Assembly: GCA_963707025.1 (NCBI GenBank)
Contig: CAVPOM010000006.1
Span: 32,001-96,000, forward strand
Direction: 5' to 3'
DNA length: 64,000 nt
From: an uncultured Verrucomicrobiae bacterium
GTDB lineage: Bacteria; Verrucomicrobiota; Verrucomicrobiia; Limisphaerales; Palsa-1400
The first letter of the stretch is position 1, and each line of letters starts with the position of its first letter. The notes under the pieces were generated by a model. That model made no database searches. It was not told where the DNA came from and saw only the letters and a program-made list of their open reading frames with translations. This document shows positions 1 through 9,513 of the stretch, piece by piece. Both the position numbers and the translations under genes were made by a program.

Positions 1-1
1 G

Positions 2-712
2 GAAGGATACCGCAAGGCGCTGCGCTTAATGCAGTTGGCCGAAAAATTCGGCCTCCCGGTCATTTCCCTGGTGGATACTCCCGGCGCTTTTCCCGGCATT
101 GGCGCCGAAGAACGCCACATTGGCGGGGCCATCGCCGTTAATTTGCGGGAGATGATGTCAATGGCGACGCCCATGATCGCTGCGGTCATTGGCGAGGGCG
201 GTTCGGGGGGCGCTTTGGGGATTGGCGTGGCCGACCGGGTGCTCATTTTGGAAAACGCCTATTACTCGGTCATCAGCCCCGAAGGTTGCGCCGCCATTCT
301 CTGGAAGGAGCGCTCCGCCGCCGCCAAAGCCGCCGAGGCCTTGAAGATCAGCGCCAAGGACCTGCTGGCCCTGGGGTTGGTGGATGAGATCGTGCCGGAG
401 TCCCCCGGAGGTGCGCACAACAACCCCGCGGAAACAGCCGCCTCGCTCAAAGCAGCCCTCCTGCGAAACCTGGAAGAATTGAAAAAATATTCCAGCCCGG
501 ACCTCTTGAAACTGCGTTACGATAAATTCCGCGCCTACGGGCGTTTTACCGAGAAGATAGAGACCCCCGCCATGCCTGTCGCGGCTGCCGTGGCCGCCTC
601 CATCACTCCGCCGGCCAAAGCCGCGGAGGGCAAAGCCCCGTCTCCCCCGGCCTCCATCCTCGCCTTCGCGCCGGGAAATTCGGCGCCGGCCAGACCGACT
701 CTCCAGCTTTGA
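2..712 (+). CDS. accA: Acetyl-CoA carboxylase carboxyltransferase alpha subunit (5' end outside window)
   Basis: EGYRKALRLM, DTPGAFPGIGAEER, IGEGGSGGALGI and YSVISPEGCAAILW are AccA signatures; the frame is open from position 2. Confidence 0.95.
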   Translation, partial: EGYRKALRLMQLAEKFGLPVISLVDTPGAFPGIGAEERHIGGAIAVNLREMMSMATPMIAAVIGEGGSGGALGIGVADRVLILENAYYSVISPEGCAAILWKERSAAAKAAEALKISAKDLLALGLVDEIVPESPGGAHNNPAETAASLKAALLRNLEELKKYSSPDLLKLRYDKFRAYGRFTEKIETPAMPVAAAVAASITPPAKAAEGKAPSPPASILAFAPGNSAPARPTLQL

Positions 713-714
713 CC

Positions 715-1686
715 ATGCTCTCCGTTTTGACCTTCGAGCCGATCCTGAAGGAAAGGATCTGGGGCGGGCGCAATTTGGAGAAGCTCTACGGCAAGAACCT
801 CCCGCCCAATTTGCCCATCGGCGAATCCTGGGAGATCAGCGACCGGCCCGGCGACGAAAGCATTATTGCCGCCGGCCCCTGGCAAGGAAAGACCTTGCAT
901 CAAATCATGCAAGAGCGCCCGGCCGAATTGCTGGGGCCGCTCCCGGAGATGCCACAACGGTTCCCGCTCCTCATCAAGATTATTGACGCCCGCGACAAGC
1001 TTTCCTTGCAAGTTCATCCTCCCGCCATCCAGGCCGCCCAGCTCGGGGGCGAGCCGAAAACGGAAATGTGGTACGTCGTCCAGGCCGGTCCCGCGGCCGA
1101 GTTGTTCGCCGGATTGAAACGCGGGGTGACCCGCGCCGAATTTGAAAAGCAACTGGCCAACGGCGCCGTCGCCAATTGCTTCCACCGCATTCCCGTCAAA
1201 GCCGGCGACGCGCTCTTTCTCCCCAGCGGACGCGTTCACGCCATTGGCGCGGAAACCATGATTTTTGAAATCCAGCAGAACTCCGACACGACCTACCGGG
1301 TCTTTGATTGGAACCGGCTGGATGCGGCCGGCCGGCCGCGCCCGCTTCATCTGGCGCAGTCGCTGGCCAGCATTGATTTTGCCGATTTCGAGCCGTCCTT
1401 GCTGCCCGCCGCAACTGTCCCCGGCCATCCTGGAACTATCCGTCCGCTGGTGAAAGACAAACTTTTCCAGGCCGCTCTGCGGCGTCTGAATCCCGGCGAC
1501 GCCCTCGCCCTGCGCGGCGGGCGGATGAGCATCCTGGGCGTGGTGGAAGGCGCGTTGCGGGTCCACGATCAAGGCGAATCCACCACCCTGTCCGCCGGCG
1601 GCTTCTGTCTCATCCCGGCCTGTTGCAGCCAGGCGGTGGTGCAGGCGGAGGCCGGGGCTGCGTTCTTGCAAGTTGAGTTGGGTTGA
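715..1686 (+). CDS. manA: Class I mannose-6-phosphate isomerase
   Basis: RIWGG, IGESWE, FPLLIKIIDA, LSLQVHP, KTEMWY, EIQQNSDTTYRVFDWNR, LH motifs; ATG at 715. Confidence 0.9.
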   Translation: MLSVLTFEPILKERIWGGRNLEKLYGKNLPPNLPIGESWEISDRPGDESIIAAGPWQGKTLHQIMQERPAELLGPLPEMPQRFPLLIKIIDARDKLSLQVHPPAIQAAQLGGEPKTEMWYVVQAGPAAELFAGLKRGVTRAEFEKQLANGAVANCFHRIPVKAGDALFLPSGRVHAIGAETMIFEIQQNSDTTYRVFDWNRLDAAGRPRPLHLAQSLASIDFADFEPSLLPAATVPGHPGTIRPLVKDKLFQAALRRLNPGDALALRGGRMSILGVVEGALRVHDQGESTTLSAGGFCLIPACCSQAVVQAEAGAAFLQVELG

Positions 1687-1716
1687 TCCATTTTAGTCTG
1701 GGCCATCTGCCCGACC

Positions 1717-2139
1717 ATGAAATCGTTTTTGCTACGCTGGCTTGTCACGACTCTGGCCGTCCAAGTCGCAGCCCAGATCGTCCCTGGCATTAGTTGGGAC
1801 ACTTGGGCGGGCTTGCTGGTCGCGACCCTCCTGTTGGGCCTTCTCAACGCAGTGGTGCGTCCGGTGTTGATCTTCTTTGCCCTGCCGCTGGTGGTCCTGA
1901 CGCTGGGCTTGTTTATTTTTGTGATCAACGCGCTTTTACTTTACTGGGTTGGGCAGCTTAAGGACTTTCATGTGGCCGGCTTTGGCGCGGCGTTATGGGG
2001 TTCCGTCATCATCAGCGTCGTCAGCCTGCTCCTCAACCACCTGACGGGCGCCAACAAGACCCGCATCAATTTCCGCCGCGGCAAACCGCCCCGCCCACCC
2101 CCCTCCGACGAGGGCGGCGGCCCGATGATTGACGTATAA
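1717..2139 (+). CDS. YvlD/DUF360-type 4-TM membrane protein (phage holin superfamily IV-like)
   Basis: GLLNAVVRP, LTLGLFIFVINALL, GFGAALWGS motifs; four hydrophobic segments. Confidence 0.85.
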   Translation: MKSFLLRWLVTTLAVQVAAQIVPGISWDTWAGLLVATLLLGLLNAVVRPVLIFFALPLVVLTLGLFIFVINALLLYWVGQLKDFHVAGFGAALWGSVIISVVSLLLNHLTGANKTRINFRRGKPPRPPPSDEGGGPMIDV

Positions 2140-2558
2140 TCCAACCCCCCGCCCAAGGACTCCTGCGCTCCACACCGTGCCCCAGCGCCGCAGGCCGGAC
2201 CTTGTTGAAGGAAGCGCGGGGTCGTTATCAACCAGTCGGGTGGGCACTCTAGATGGCCGAAATGGTGTGCCAATATGGCACAATATCGCCCTCGAATTAA
2301 TTCTTAAGTTGCTTATTTACAATAAGTTACAAACATTTAATGGCATCCAACAAAATGGGTTCGTTTGGCAAAAACACCATAAATGCCGGCGCTGATCTGG
2401 ATTGGAACAGGCTCCGAAAAATGGCGCGCCCACCCAATGTGACTGGCGCCCCGCGGCTCCCCTGTTGCCTCGTCTTTCACGGGGATGAGTTAAACATAGT
2501 TTCTAACTCCTGTCCATAAAAATCTTTACCGGGCGCACGCTCCATTCTAACGTTCCGC

Positions 2559-2969
2559 ATGGCCAGGAAAACCCCGACTGTGGAAGAACAGGCCGTTCAC
2601 GAGGGCGCGGACGCAAAACCAACGCCGGTTGCGCGCCGCCCCTCCTCCCTGGTGGACACCCGCGTCATCTATTGCGGCGACAACCTGGAGCAACTCGCCA
2701 AACTGCCCGACGCCTGCGTTGACCTCATCTACATTGACCCGCCCTTCAACTCCAATCGCAACTACGAAGTCTTCTGGGGCGAGACCAAGGAAAAGCGTTC
2801 CTTTGACGACCGCCACGCCAGCACCCAGGCCTACATTGAATTCATGCGCCCGCGCTGCATGAAACTCGTCCGCGTCCTTAAAAAGACCGGCAGCTTTTAC
2901 TACCACTGCGACTGGCACGCCAGCCACTACGTCAAAGTCATGCTCGACCAGATTTTCGGCGACAATTAA
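2559..2969 (+). pseudogene. Truncated N6-adenine/N4-cytosine DNA methyltransferase (beta-class N-terminal part only)
   Basis: GDNLEQL, VDLIYIDPPFNS catalytic motif, RVLKKTGS, HYVKVMLDQIFG then stop; no TRD or FxGxG SAM motif follows in the provided frames. Confidence 0.8.
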
Positions 2970-2978
2970 AATTGTAAA

Positions 2979-4010
2979 ATGAATTACGTCGAGAGAATCA
3001 ATTCGTTGCTGCGCCCAAATCCAAGCGGAAAAATCCGCGTGCTGGATTTGTTTGCTGGTTGCGGCGGATTGGCGTTGGGTTTTGAAGCGCAAGGATTTGA
3101 AACGCTAGGCTTTGAGCAAGATGCCGACGCCTGTGAAACATACCGCCGAAATTTAAAGGGCGACTGCCAGCAAATTACGCTGACTCCGGAAACGCAATTC
3201 CCAAAAGCTGACGTAATTATTGGCGGGCCGCCGTGTCAGCCCTTCAGCGTTGGTGGACATCAAATGGGGCTGACAGATTCACGAGACGGATTTCCGATTT
3301 TCATTTCCGCCGTGAAGCAGGTTCAGCCGGAGATTTGGGTTTTTGAAAATGTGCGCGGAGTTCTTTACAGTAACCGCTGGTATTTCGAGCAGATACTCAC
3401 CGCTTTGAAGGCATTGAATTATGTCATCGAGGTGCGGCTCCTCAACGCTGTGAACTACGGTGTGCCGCAGAATCGCGAGCGGGTGATCGTTGTCGGCCAT
3501 CGCGGCGAATTCCAGTTTTTCGATGGGGAGTCCAATCGGGTCACGGCAGGAATAGCATTGGGAGAATCCATGCGACAAGCCCCCCCGGAATCCAAATTCC
3601 TCACGCCGAGCATGGATGAATACGTTGCAAAATATGAACGGGCTTCGTTTTGCATCCGGCCGCGCGACCTTTATCCGGACCAACCGGCCCGCACGGTGAC
3701 CTGCCGGAATCTTGCGGGCGCGACCGGCGACATGCATCGCATTCGTTTGGCTGATGGTCGCCGCCGCCGCCTTTTTGTCCGCGAGGCCGCCAGATTACAA
3801 AGCTTCCCCGATTGGTTTGAGTTTTGCGGTGGCGAAACGAGCCAGTTCAACCAGATTGGCAATGCCGTTCCGCCATTGCTGGCGTGGCATCTTGCCGGCT
3901 CGGTCAAAAAGTATCTGTCCACCACCAAACGGCTCACATCGGGTGAAATCCTCTACCGAAATCTTCCTGACCAGTTTGCTTTGCCGCTGGAATTCAAGGA
4001 GTCCAATGAA
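2979..4010 (+). CDS. DNA (cytosine-5) methyltransferase domain; reads in frame into the downstream endonuclease
   Basis: Motif I DLFAGCGG, motif IV GGPPCQPFS, motif VI ENV, motif VIII QNRER, motif IX REAARLQSFPD, motif X QIGNAVPP. Confidence 0.92.
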
Positions 4011-5025
4011 ATGAAAATTCCAGCATTTGTCACCAACATGGAGAAGCCAGCCAAGCTTGTGAAACTGATCAATGAGGCGCTGCTGGTCCTTTCCAGGCTG
4101 GGCATTCCTCTGGATGACCTGAAACCACGAGAACTGGAAAAGATGGCGATGGCCTTCCTTGCGGTGGCTGATGTGAAGCGCAGCGCCGATTGGTCGAAAG
4201 CGCGGATTCGTGAAGGAAAAGAAACCCTCAAATCGCGGGACATCATCGCTTACCTCAATCAACACTTTGAGGAAAGGATTTCGATGGGTTCTTACGACGA
4301 CATTCGCCGTAAGGATTTAAAACTGCCTGTCGTGGCGGGAATCATCATTGCCAGCGCCAACAAGCCAAACGCCGCCCGCAACGATCCGACACGCGGCTTT
4401 TCTCTGTCTCCCGAATACGTCGAACTCATCCAACGGTTCGGCCAGCCGGATTGGGCGCAAGCGATAGAGGAGTTTATGGCGGACAGACCCACCCTGGCCG
4501 AACGCTTGGACGCCGCGCGTCAGACTCGAGATTGTTCCAATCAAGCTGCCCGATGGTAAAACGATTCAATTCAGCCCCGGCGAACACAACTTGTTGCAAA
4601 AAGCGATTATCGAACAATTCCTGCCACGATACGGACATGGCTCGGAAGTTTTGTATGTCGGTGACACTGCGAAGAAATTTCTGGTTCGGGAGGAAGCAAA
4701 ATTACGCGCCCTGAAATTTTTTGAACTCGAGCATGGAGAACTCCCAGACATCGTTGCATATTCAGCCCAAAAGAACTGGTTGTTTCTCGTTGAAGCAGTG
4801 CATAGCTCCGGGCCAATCTCTCCGCTCCGTCTTCTCGAATTAAAACGGCTGGCCCACGAATGCACGGCAGAAATCGTTTTCGTTACGGCCTTCCTGACGC
4901 GAGACACTTTCCGAAAATTCGCGCCGGAGATTGCGTGGGAAACTGAAGTCTGGATTGCCGATGCGCCGGACCATTTGGTGCATTTCGATGGTGATAAATT
5001 CCTCGGTCCCTACAAATCGAAATGA
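4011..5025 (+). CDS. BsuBI/PstI-family type II restriction endonuclease (one apparent extra base near 4524)
   Basis: Removing one base near 4524 joins the N-terminal part to LEIVPIKLPDGKTIQFSPGEHNLLQKAIIEQFLPRY..YVGDT..HGELPDIV..LFLVEAVHSSGP..TAF..IAWETEVWIADAPDHLVHFDGDKFLGPY, the BsuBI/PstI C-terminal pattern; AAGGAG at 3996-4001 precedes ATG 4011. Confidence 0.85.
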
Positions 5026-5654
5026 GTCTCCCCTAATTGATTGAAAGGCCAGGCCATGGAGGGGGTCCGCCATTTTGTCACTATGACGACGCGCAGGCCC
5101 GCCCGAAAACGCCTCCTCTGCCGCCGTGCCCCGCCCATACTTTTGCGGCCCGCCGCCCGCCCAATTTTGCCCCCCATGAGCGTTTTTTGGAACAGAAGCA
5201 ATCAAAGCAAACGAAGAGGGCAATCCCTTCGTTGCCGTTCCCTTCTATTCGGATTCGGGTGGGCTGAGCCTCCATCCTCGCTTCAATTCCGCATTCCCTT
5301 GACAATCATTGCGGGGGGCTGGGAAAGGTGGTAAAAGGGAGGCATGAATTGTGGCCTTTGTGGTGCTGATCGCCCGTTGCAAAAATCCCTTATTATCCCG
5401 GAATTTTGTTACAAGCCAATTTATGACCCAATCCACCGTATCCAGGTTATTTCATCTGACCCTGCGAAGCCTGATAGGCTCTGGCAAAAAGGGTTACGGG
5501 AAAAGCTTTTATGTGCCTTGTGTGAACAGAAACTCTCGCCGTGGGAGACTTACGCCAAGCGTGTATTTGATGGCGTCGGAGTCAATGTCGTGCGAGACGG
5601 GAAAATGCTGGTCATTTCAAATATCGAATATGCTAAATTTCGGCTATTTCAACT

Positions 5655-7105
5655 CACACCCGTCTCATAAGGGGAAAAGTCTGGTGCTGACCTGTTCATT
5701 TGCAAGGGTTTAATTGGTCTTCGGGGTAAAATGAGATTTTGATTTTTCCGAGTTTGGCTTTTGGGTGTGGTATGCGCCTGTTTGGGCGCGTGTGCTGTCC
5801 CATAGCTTTATTGGAAGCCGGGGAAATACGCCTGCTCGGGCCGCGCCAAGTGGCGAAAGCTGCCGCCTGCTGTCCCATAGCACGCCAGCAAATTGAGCAG
5901 ATCATATTTCTCCCAGAGCGCCGCCCGCAAAATCGTGAACAGCCGGGTGAAGCTGTGCGCCCAGTTGGAGAGGTGACTGAGGTAGCGCAACAGCACGTAG
6001 GTCAACAGCGCCGTCCACACCTGCCAGCGCACGGCGTTGGCGTTGTGGCCCAGAAAATCCGCCAACTGCAAGGTCTGCTTGATTTGTTTGAAGAAGACTT
6101 CGATCTGCCAGCGGCAGCGGTAAAGGTCGGCCACGCTGCGCGGACTCCACTCCAGGTTGTTGGTCAGGAAGGTCATTTCCCGTTCCTCTCCATCAATCTC
6201 GACCAGCGCCACCACCCGGCGCATCAACTCCGGCGCGGGTTTGTTCTCGTTGCTCAGGACGATCACTTCGTCGCGCAAAATCTTCGGGTCTCTGGAGGCG
6301 GGCATTTTCCGCACCACCTCATAGCCCATGTTCTCCTTGGCCCGCGTCACCCAAAAGACCCCGCGCCCGTCCAAATCCCGCAAGTGGCCGAAGTCCACAT
6401 AACCCTTGTCGAACAAGGCGATTTCGCCGCTCTTCAAGTCGGCGCACAGTTCCCGCGCCCGTCGGTTGTCGTGCTCGGCGGCAGTGTCCACAATGACAAA
6501 ACCGGGCAAAAGATTCTGCAGATTCAACCGCATATGGGTTTTGGCGGCGGCCTTGCGCCGGCGGTGCTTGGCCCAGTCCAGGCAGTTGGCCACCAGTTCC
6601 ATGGTCGTGCTATCAATCACATGGATGGGCATCTTGAAACGGAAGGCGGGGCCACGGCGCTGGCCCGCGGCAAAGCCGGGCGTCTGTGCTTTCAAATGCT
6701 CCAGGACCCGCCAGAAGAGTTGTTCGGCCATCTGGGCCGGACGCTCCCGGTTGGCGTGGGAGAGGCCGTTGCGGCTGGGGGCGCTGGCGCCGCGCAAAGT
6801 GGACAGCGGCCCGGAATGCAATTGCAGCGAGTCGCACAGATCGTTGAGTCCGATGCAATGGGTGAGTTGCGCGTCCAGCAAACTGACCGTGTGACTCCAC
6901 GGACTGAAGGTGCGCGACTTATCCAGAGCCCCGGTCTCCCGCGCTATTTTGGAGACTTCATGCGCAGGAATGAGATTGCAAATCTGGCGCAAAACGTTAA
7001 ACCGGGACCGTGTTGGTTTGATTTTTTTGTTTTTCATGCCTGCCTTGTGGCAGGTTCAAATGGTCAAGCCAACACTTTTTTCCAATTTCCTGTGGGATGG
7101 CTGTG
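5655..7105 (-). mobile_element. IS4-family insertion sequence, 1451 bp
   Basis: Imperfect terminal IRs (CACACCCGTCTCATAAGG vs reverse complement CACAGCCATCCCACAGGA); 9-bp target duplication with one mismatch, ATTTCAACT 5646-5654 and AATTCAACT 7106-7114. Confidence 0.9.
5808..7037 (-). CDS. IS4-family DDE transposase (DUF4372-type N-terminus)
   Basis: IDSTT, FDKGY and YRCRWQIEVFFKQIKQ (YREK) motifs. Confidence 0.95.
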   Translation of the reverse strand: MKNKKIKPTRSRFNVLRQICNLIPAHEVSKIARETGALDKSRTFSPWSHTVSLLDAQLTHCIGLNDLCDSLQLHSGPLSTLRGASAPSRNGLSHANRERPAQMAEQLFWRVLEHLKAQTPGFAAGQRRGPAFRFKMPIHVIDSTTMELVANCLDWAKHRRRKAAAKTHMRLNLQNLLPGFVIVDTAAEHDNRRARELCADLKSGEIALFDKGYVDFGHLRDLDGRGVFWVTRAKENMGYEVVRKMPASRDPKILRDEVIVLSNENKPAPELMRRVVALVEIDGEEREMTFLTNNLEWSPRSVADLYRCRWQIEVFFKQIKQTLQLADFLGHNANAVRWQVWTALLTYVLLRYLSHLSNWAHSFTRLFTILRAALWEKYDLLNLLACYGTAGGSFRHLARPEQAYFPGFQ

Positions 7106-7546
7106 AATTCAACTTTCTCTTCTTTGGCGCTTGGGAGTTAGTAAAGCCGATTTCTTTAAGGAGGTAAATCTTGGTGCAAAACACGAAAAGGTGCTGCGGT
7201 TAGCCCTGATGAGTGAAGACCCATTAGACCCTTTGCAATACCCGTGTGCTTTGACCGGAGTTTTGATCGGCGGCACGTTTAATCCAGACGGTATTTTACC
7301 GCCAAGTCGCGTGCGCGGTGCCTACGATCACGGTTATTGTGTCTTGATCGGCGGGTTTCTTTACCATTTCATTGTAATGAGCCATCCCCCCCCGAAGGAG
7401 TTCGCGGGCGTTTGCGTATCCAAGGCGGGACAAATGCGAATACTTGTTCAAGAAGTTCGAGACATCCCTTTTCTCGCTGAAATCGTTCACGAGTTTGGAA
7501 CAGCGATTAGGGATAGGGAGCGGCGCGGGACTTCTTAAACAGAACC

Positions 7547-7601
7547 GTGAAAGTGAAAGTGAAAGGGTCGGTCCTGAAAGGGTAGTGAAAGGGTCGGTCC
7601 T
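7547..7601 (+). repeat. Stuttered GTGAAAGGGTCGGTCCT motif array
   Basis: GTGAAA GTGAAA GTGAAAGGGTCGGTCCT GAAAGGGTA GTGAAAGGGTCGGTCCT read directly. Confidence 0.8.
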
Positions 7602-7888
7602 AGAAAGATGACATGTTTCGTTCTTCGTTCTCTGCCTCCTCCCTCATAAAAAAGTCCCGCAAAATTGCATATTGTTGTTTTCTGGCCGCATGGTTGAGCT
7701 AGTTCGGTTCGGAACCGGCCGAATCGAAGTATAATCGTCCGGCAATGCAGTTCAAGCTCATTTGCCGCAAGGGAACGAAGCGCAACCAGCCGCAACCGAA
7801 TCCGGAATTGCAGAATGGAACAACACTATAAAGTGCGTCAGAGGCGCGGGCAGATCACGCATCCGCCTTCGCCAAGCCAGCGGGCGTA

Positions 7889-7978
7889 AATGTAACGCAA
7901 GGTAACGGGGAGGTAACGGCCCCAAAAGCCTCAAGTCCCTCAGTTTCAACAGGTCTAACGGGGTACCAGGTGTAGCGC
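7889..7978 (+). repeat. 90-bp dispersed non-coding element, copy 1 (copy 2 at 30822-30911)
   Basis: Begins AATGTAACGCAAGGTAAC and ends GGTGTAGCGC in both copies; same length, aligns without gaps. Confidence 0.8.
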
Positions 7979-8081
7979 ATACAAGTGTCCATTCTCTCTT
8001 TTTAAACTTTCGCTTTTTTTCTCGCTCAGGGCAAGTGTCGGTCCCTGATTCCCGCCCAAGTCGAGGATGGCGCACGGCAAG

Positions 8082-8131
8082 AGCGTTCGGCGGGACGCCG
8101 AACGCGGCGGGCGAGACGCCCGCGCTCCCCA
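8082..8131. repeat. REP-like double hairpin
   Basis: GCGTTCGGCG-GGA-CGCCGAACGC followed by GCGGGCG-AGA-CGCCCGC. Confidence 0.6.
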
Positions 8132-8180
8132 AAGATCTGCATTTCGGTGGTGCAATAGGAAGCTATTTATCATTTCTCAT

Positions 8181-9110
8181 TTATAATTTATCATTTCTCA
8201 TTTCCCGCTCAATCGTGTCCGCCATGGCGCCGGGGGTGAGGCCGAAGTGGGCGCGGGCTTCTTCCTGGTCGCAGGTGTCATGCAGAAATTCGTCGCGGGT
8301 GCCGAAACGGAGGAGGCGACCCGGGGCGCGCGCGGCGGCCAGCCATTCGGCCACGGCGCCACCCAGGCCGCCCAGCACACTGTGCTCTTCAATCGTGGCC
8401 ACCCATTTGAATTTGGCAAAGACTTCGGCCAGCAAGGCCTCGTCCAGCGGCTTGATGCTCGGGAAACTGACCACCTTGGCGGAGAGGCCGTGTTTTTCCA
8501 GTTCTTGCGCCGTTTGCATAACGGCGGGCAGCATGGTGCCGGCGCTTAACAGGCAAACGTCGGTTCCGTCGCGGATGGGCAGAGCCTTGCCGATGATGAA
8601 TTGCGGCTCGGTTTTGTGGACGGCCGGTTCCCCCTTTTTGCCGATGCGAATATAGACCGGATGCGGATATTGCAGGGCGGCCTTGAGGGCGCCGCGGACT
8701 TCCATGGCATCGGCGGGAGCGAGGACGGCCAGGCCGGGCAGCAGCCGCAGCATGCCCATTTCCTCGCAGGAATGGTGCGTGGCCCCCAGCGAGGCGTAGG
8801 AAAGACCCGAACCGGTCCCGACCAGCACCACCGGAACATGGTGGTAGCAAACATCCACGCGAATCTGTTCCAGGCAGCGATAGGTGAGGAAGGGGGTGAT
8901 GGTGTAACAGAAGGGGCGCAAACCGCTCATGGCCATGCCGGCGGCCATGCCGATCATGTTGGCTTCGGCGACGCCGCAATTGAAAAAGCGCTCGGGGCAT
9001 TTGGCCTTCAAATTATCGAAAAGCCGGTTGCCGATGTCGCCGGCCAGCAGGACGACGCGGGGGTCTTTTTCCGCCAGCTCGGTGATTTGTTTGGCGAAGG
9101 CGTTTCTCAT
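8181..9110 (-). CDS. Transketolase C-terminal subunit (pyrimidine-binding and C-terminal domains)
   Basis: RFFNCGVAEANMIGMAAG, RCLEQIR, GATHH, YIRIGK, IKPLD, TIEEH motifs; ATG at 9110. Confidence 0.92.
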   Translation of the reverse strand: MRNAFAKQITELAEKDPRVVLLAGDIGNRLFDNLKAKCPERFFNCGVAEANMIGMAAGMAMSGLRPFCYTITPFLTYRCLEQIRVDVCYHHVPVVLVGTGSGLSYASLGATHHSCEEMGMLRLLPGLAVLAPADAMEVRGALKAALQYPHPVYIRIGKKGEPAVHKTEPQFIIGKALPIRDGTDVCLLSAGTMLPAVMQTAQELEKHGLSAKVVSFPSIKPLDEALLAEVFAKFKWVATIEEHSVLGGLGGAVAEWLAAARAPGRLLRFGTRDEFLHDTCDQEEARAHFGLTPGAMADTIEREMRNDKL

Positions 9111-9112
9111 GG

Positions 9113-9145
9113 AAATGCAAAATGCAAAATGCAAAATGCAAAATG
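9113..9145 (+). repeat. (AAATGCA)n heptamer tandem array
   Basis: AAATGCA x4 plus AAATG. Confidence 0.9.
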
Positions 9146-9156
9146 TTTGCTCATAT

Positions 9157-9513
9157 TCACTTTCCGCGACTTTTGTTGATTATGGTGATGAAAATGGCAA
9201 TTAGTTCGCGTGTTTCGCCGAGGAGCGGCGCCGTTTTTGCCGGGCGGACGAGGCCCTCATCAACCAGCAACTCAATCCAGTATTCAGTTTCCTCCAATTC
9301 CCGAAGGGAGTCACCCATCTTGGAAATGAATTCCGCCTTTGACCGCCCGCGGTTTGCCTCGCGATAATTGGCTCCCACAGAAGTCCCGGATCGGAGGAGT
9401 TGCTTTCCGAGGACTTGGGCGACGGTTTCCTTTGGCAATGAAGTGTACAGGTGGATGATGCGCCGCGCATATGCCTTCGTGCGTATTTTCAAATCATGTG
9501 GCTTGTTTTCCAT
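9157..9513 (-). CDS. Four-helix-bundle protein (23S rRNA IVP / TIGR02436 family)
   Basis: DLKIRTKAYA..IIHL..LP..QLLRSGTSVGANYREA..RSKAEFISK..ELEETEYWIELL..ELIAIF family pattern. Confidence 0.92.
   Translation of the reverse strand: MENKPHDLKIRTKAYARRIIHLYTSLPKETVAQVLGKQLLRSGTSVGANYREANRGRSKAEFISKMGDSLRELEETEYWIELLVDEGLVRPAKTAPLLGETRELIAIFITIINKSRGK

Larger units (their letters stand above)
5344..7538 (+). pseudogene. Conserved hypothetical protein with CxxC pairs (HNH-like N-terminus), interrupted by IS4 at 5655-7105
   Basis: 5' part MNCGLCG..KSLIIPEF..LLCALCEQK..AKFRLFQL continues in frame after removing the IS and one target copy: SLLWRLGVSKADFFKEVNLG..., stop 7538. Confidence 0.75.

Noticed and set aside
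1717..2139. Prophage implied by a holin-family gene
   Set aside because: YvlD-type genes are common chromosomal genes; no endolysin, integrase or virion genes are present.
2276..2330. Sigma54 promoter (TGGCACAATATCGC) or dif/att-like site in the AT-rich stretch
   Set aside because: The -12 element and spacing do not match well and no partner site or recombinase is visible.
9157..9513. Four-helix-bundle gene as the Avd of a complete DGR with the FGE target
   Set aside because: No reverse transcriptase or template repeat in the window, 18 kb separation, and the sequence fits the stand-alone IVP family.
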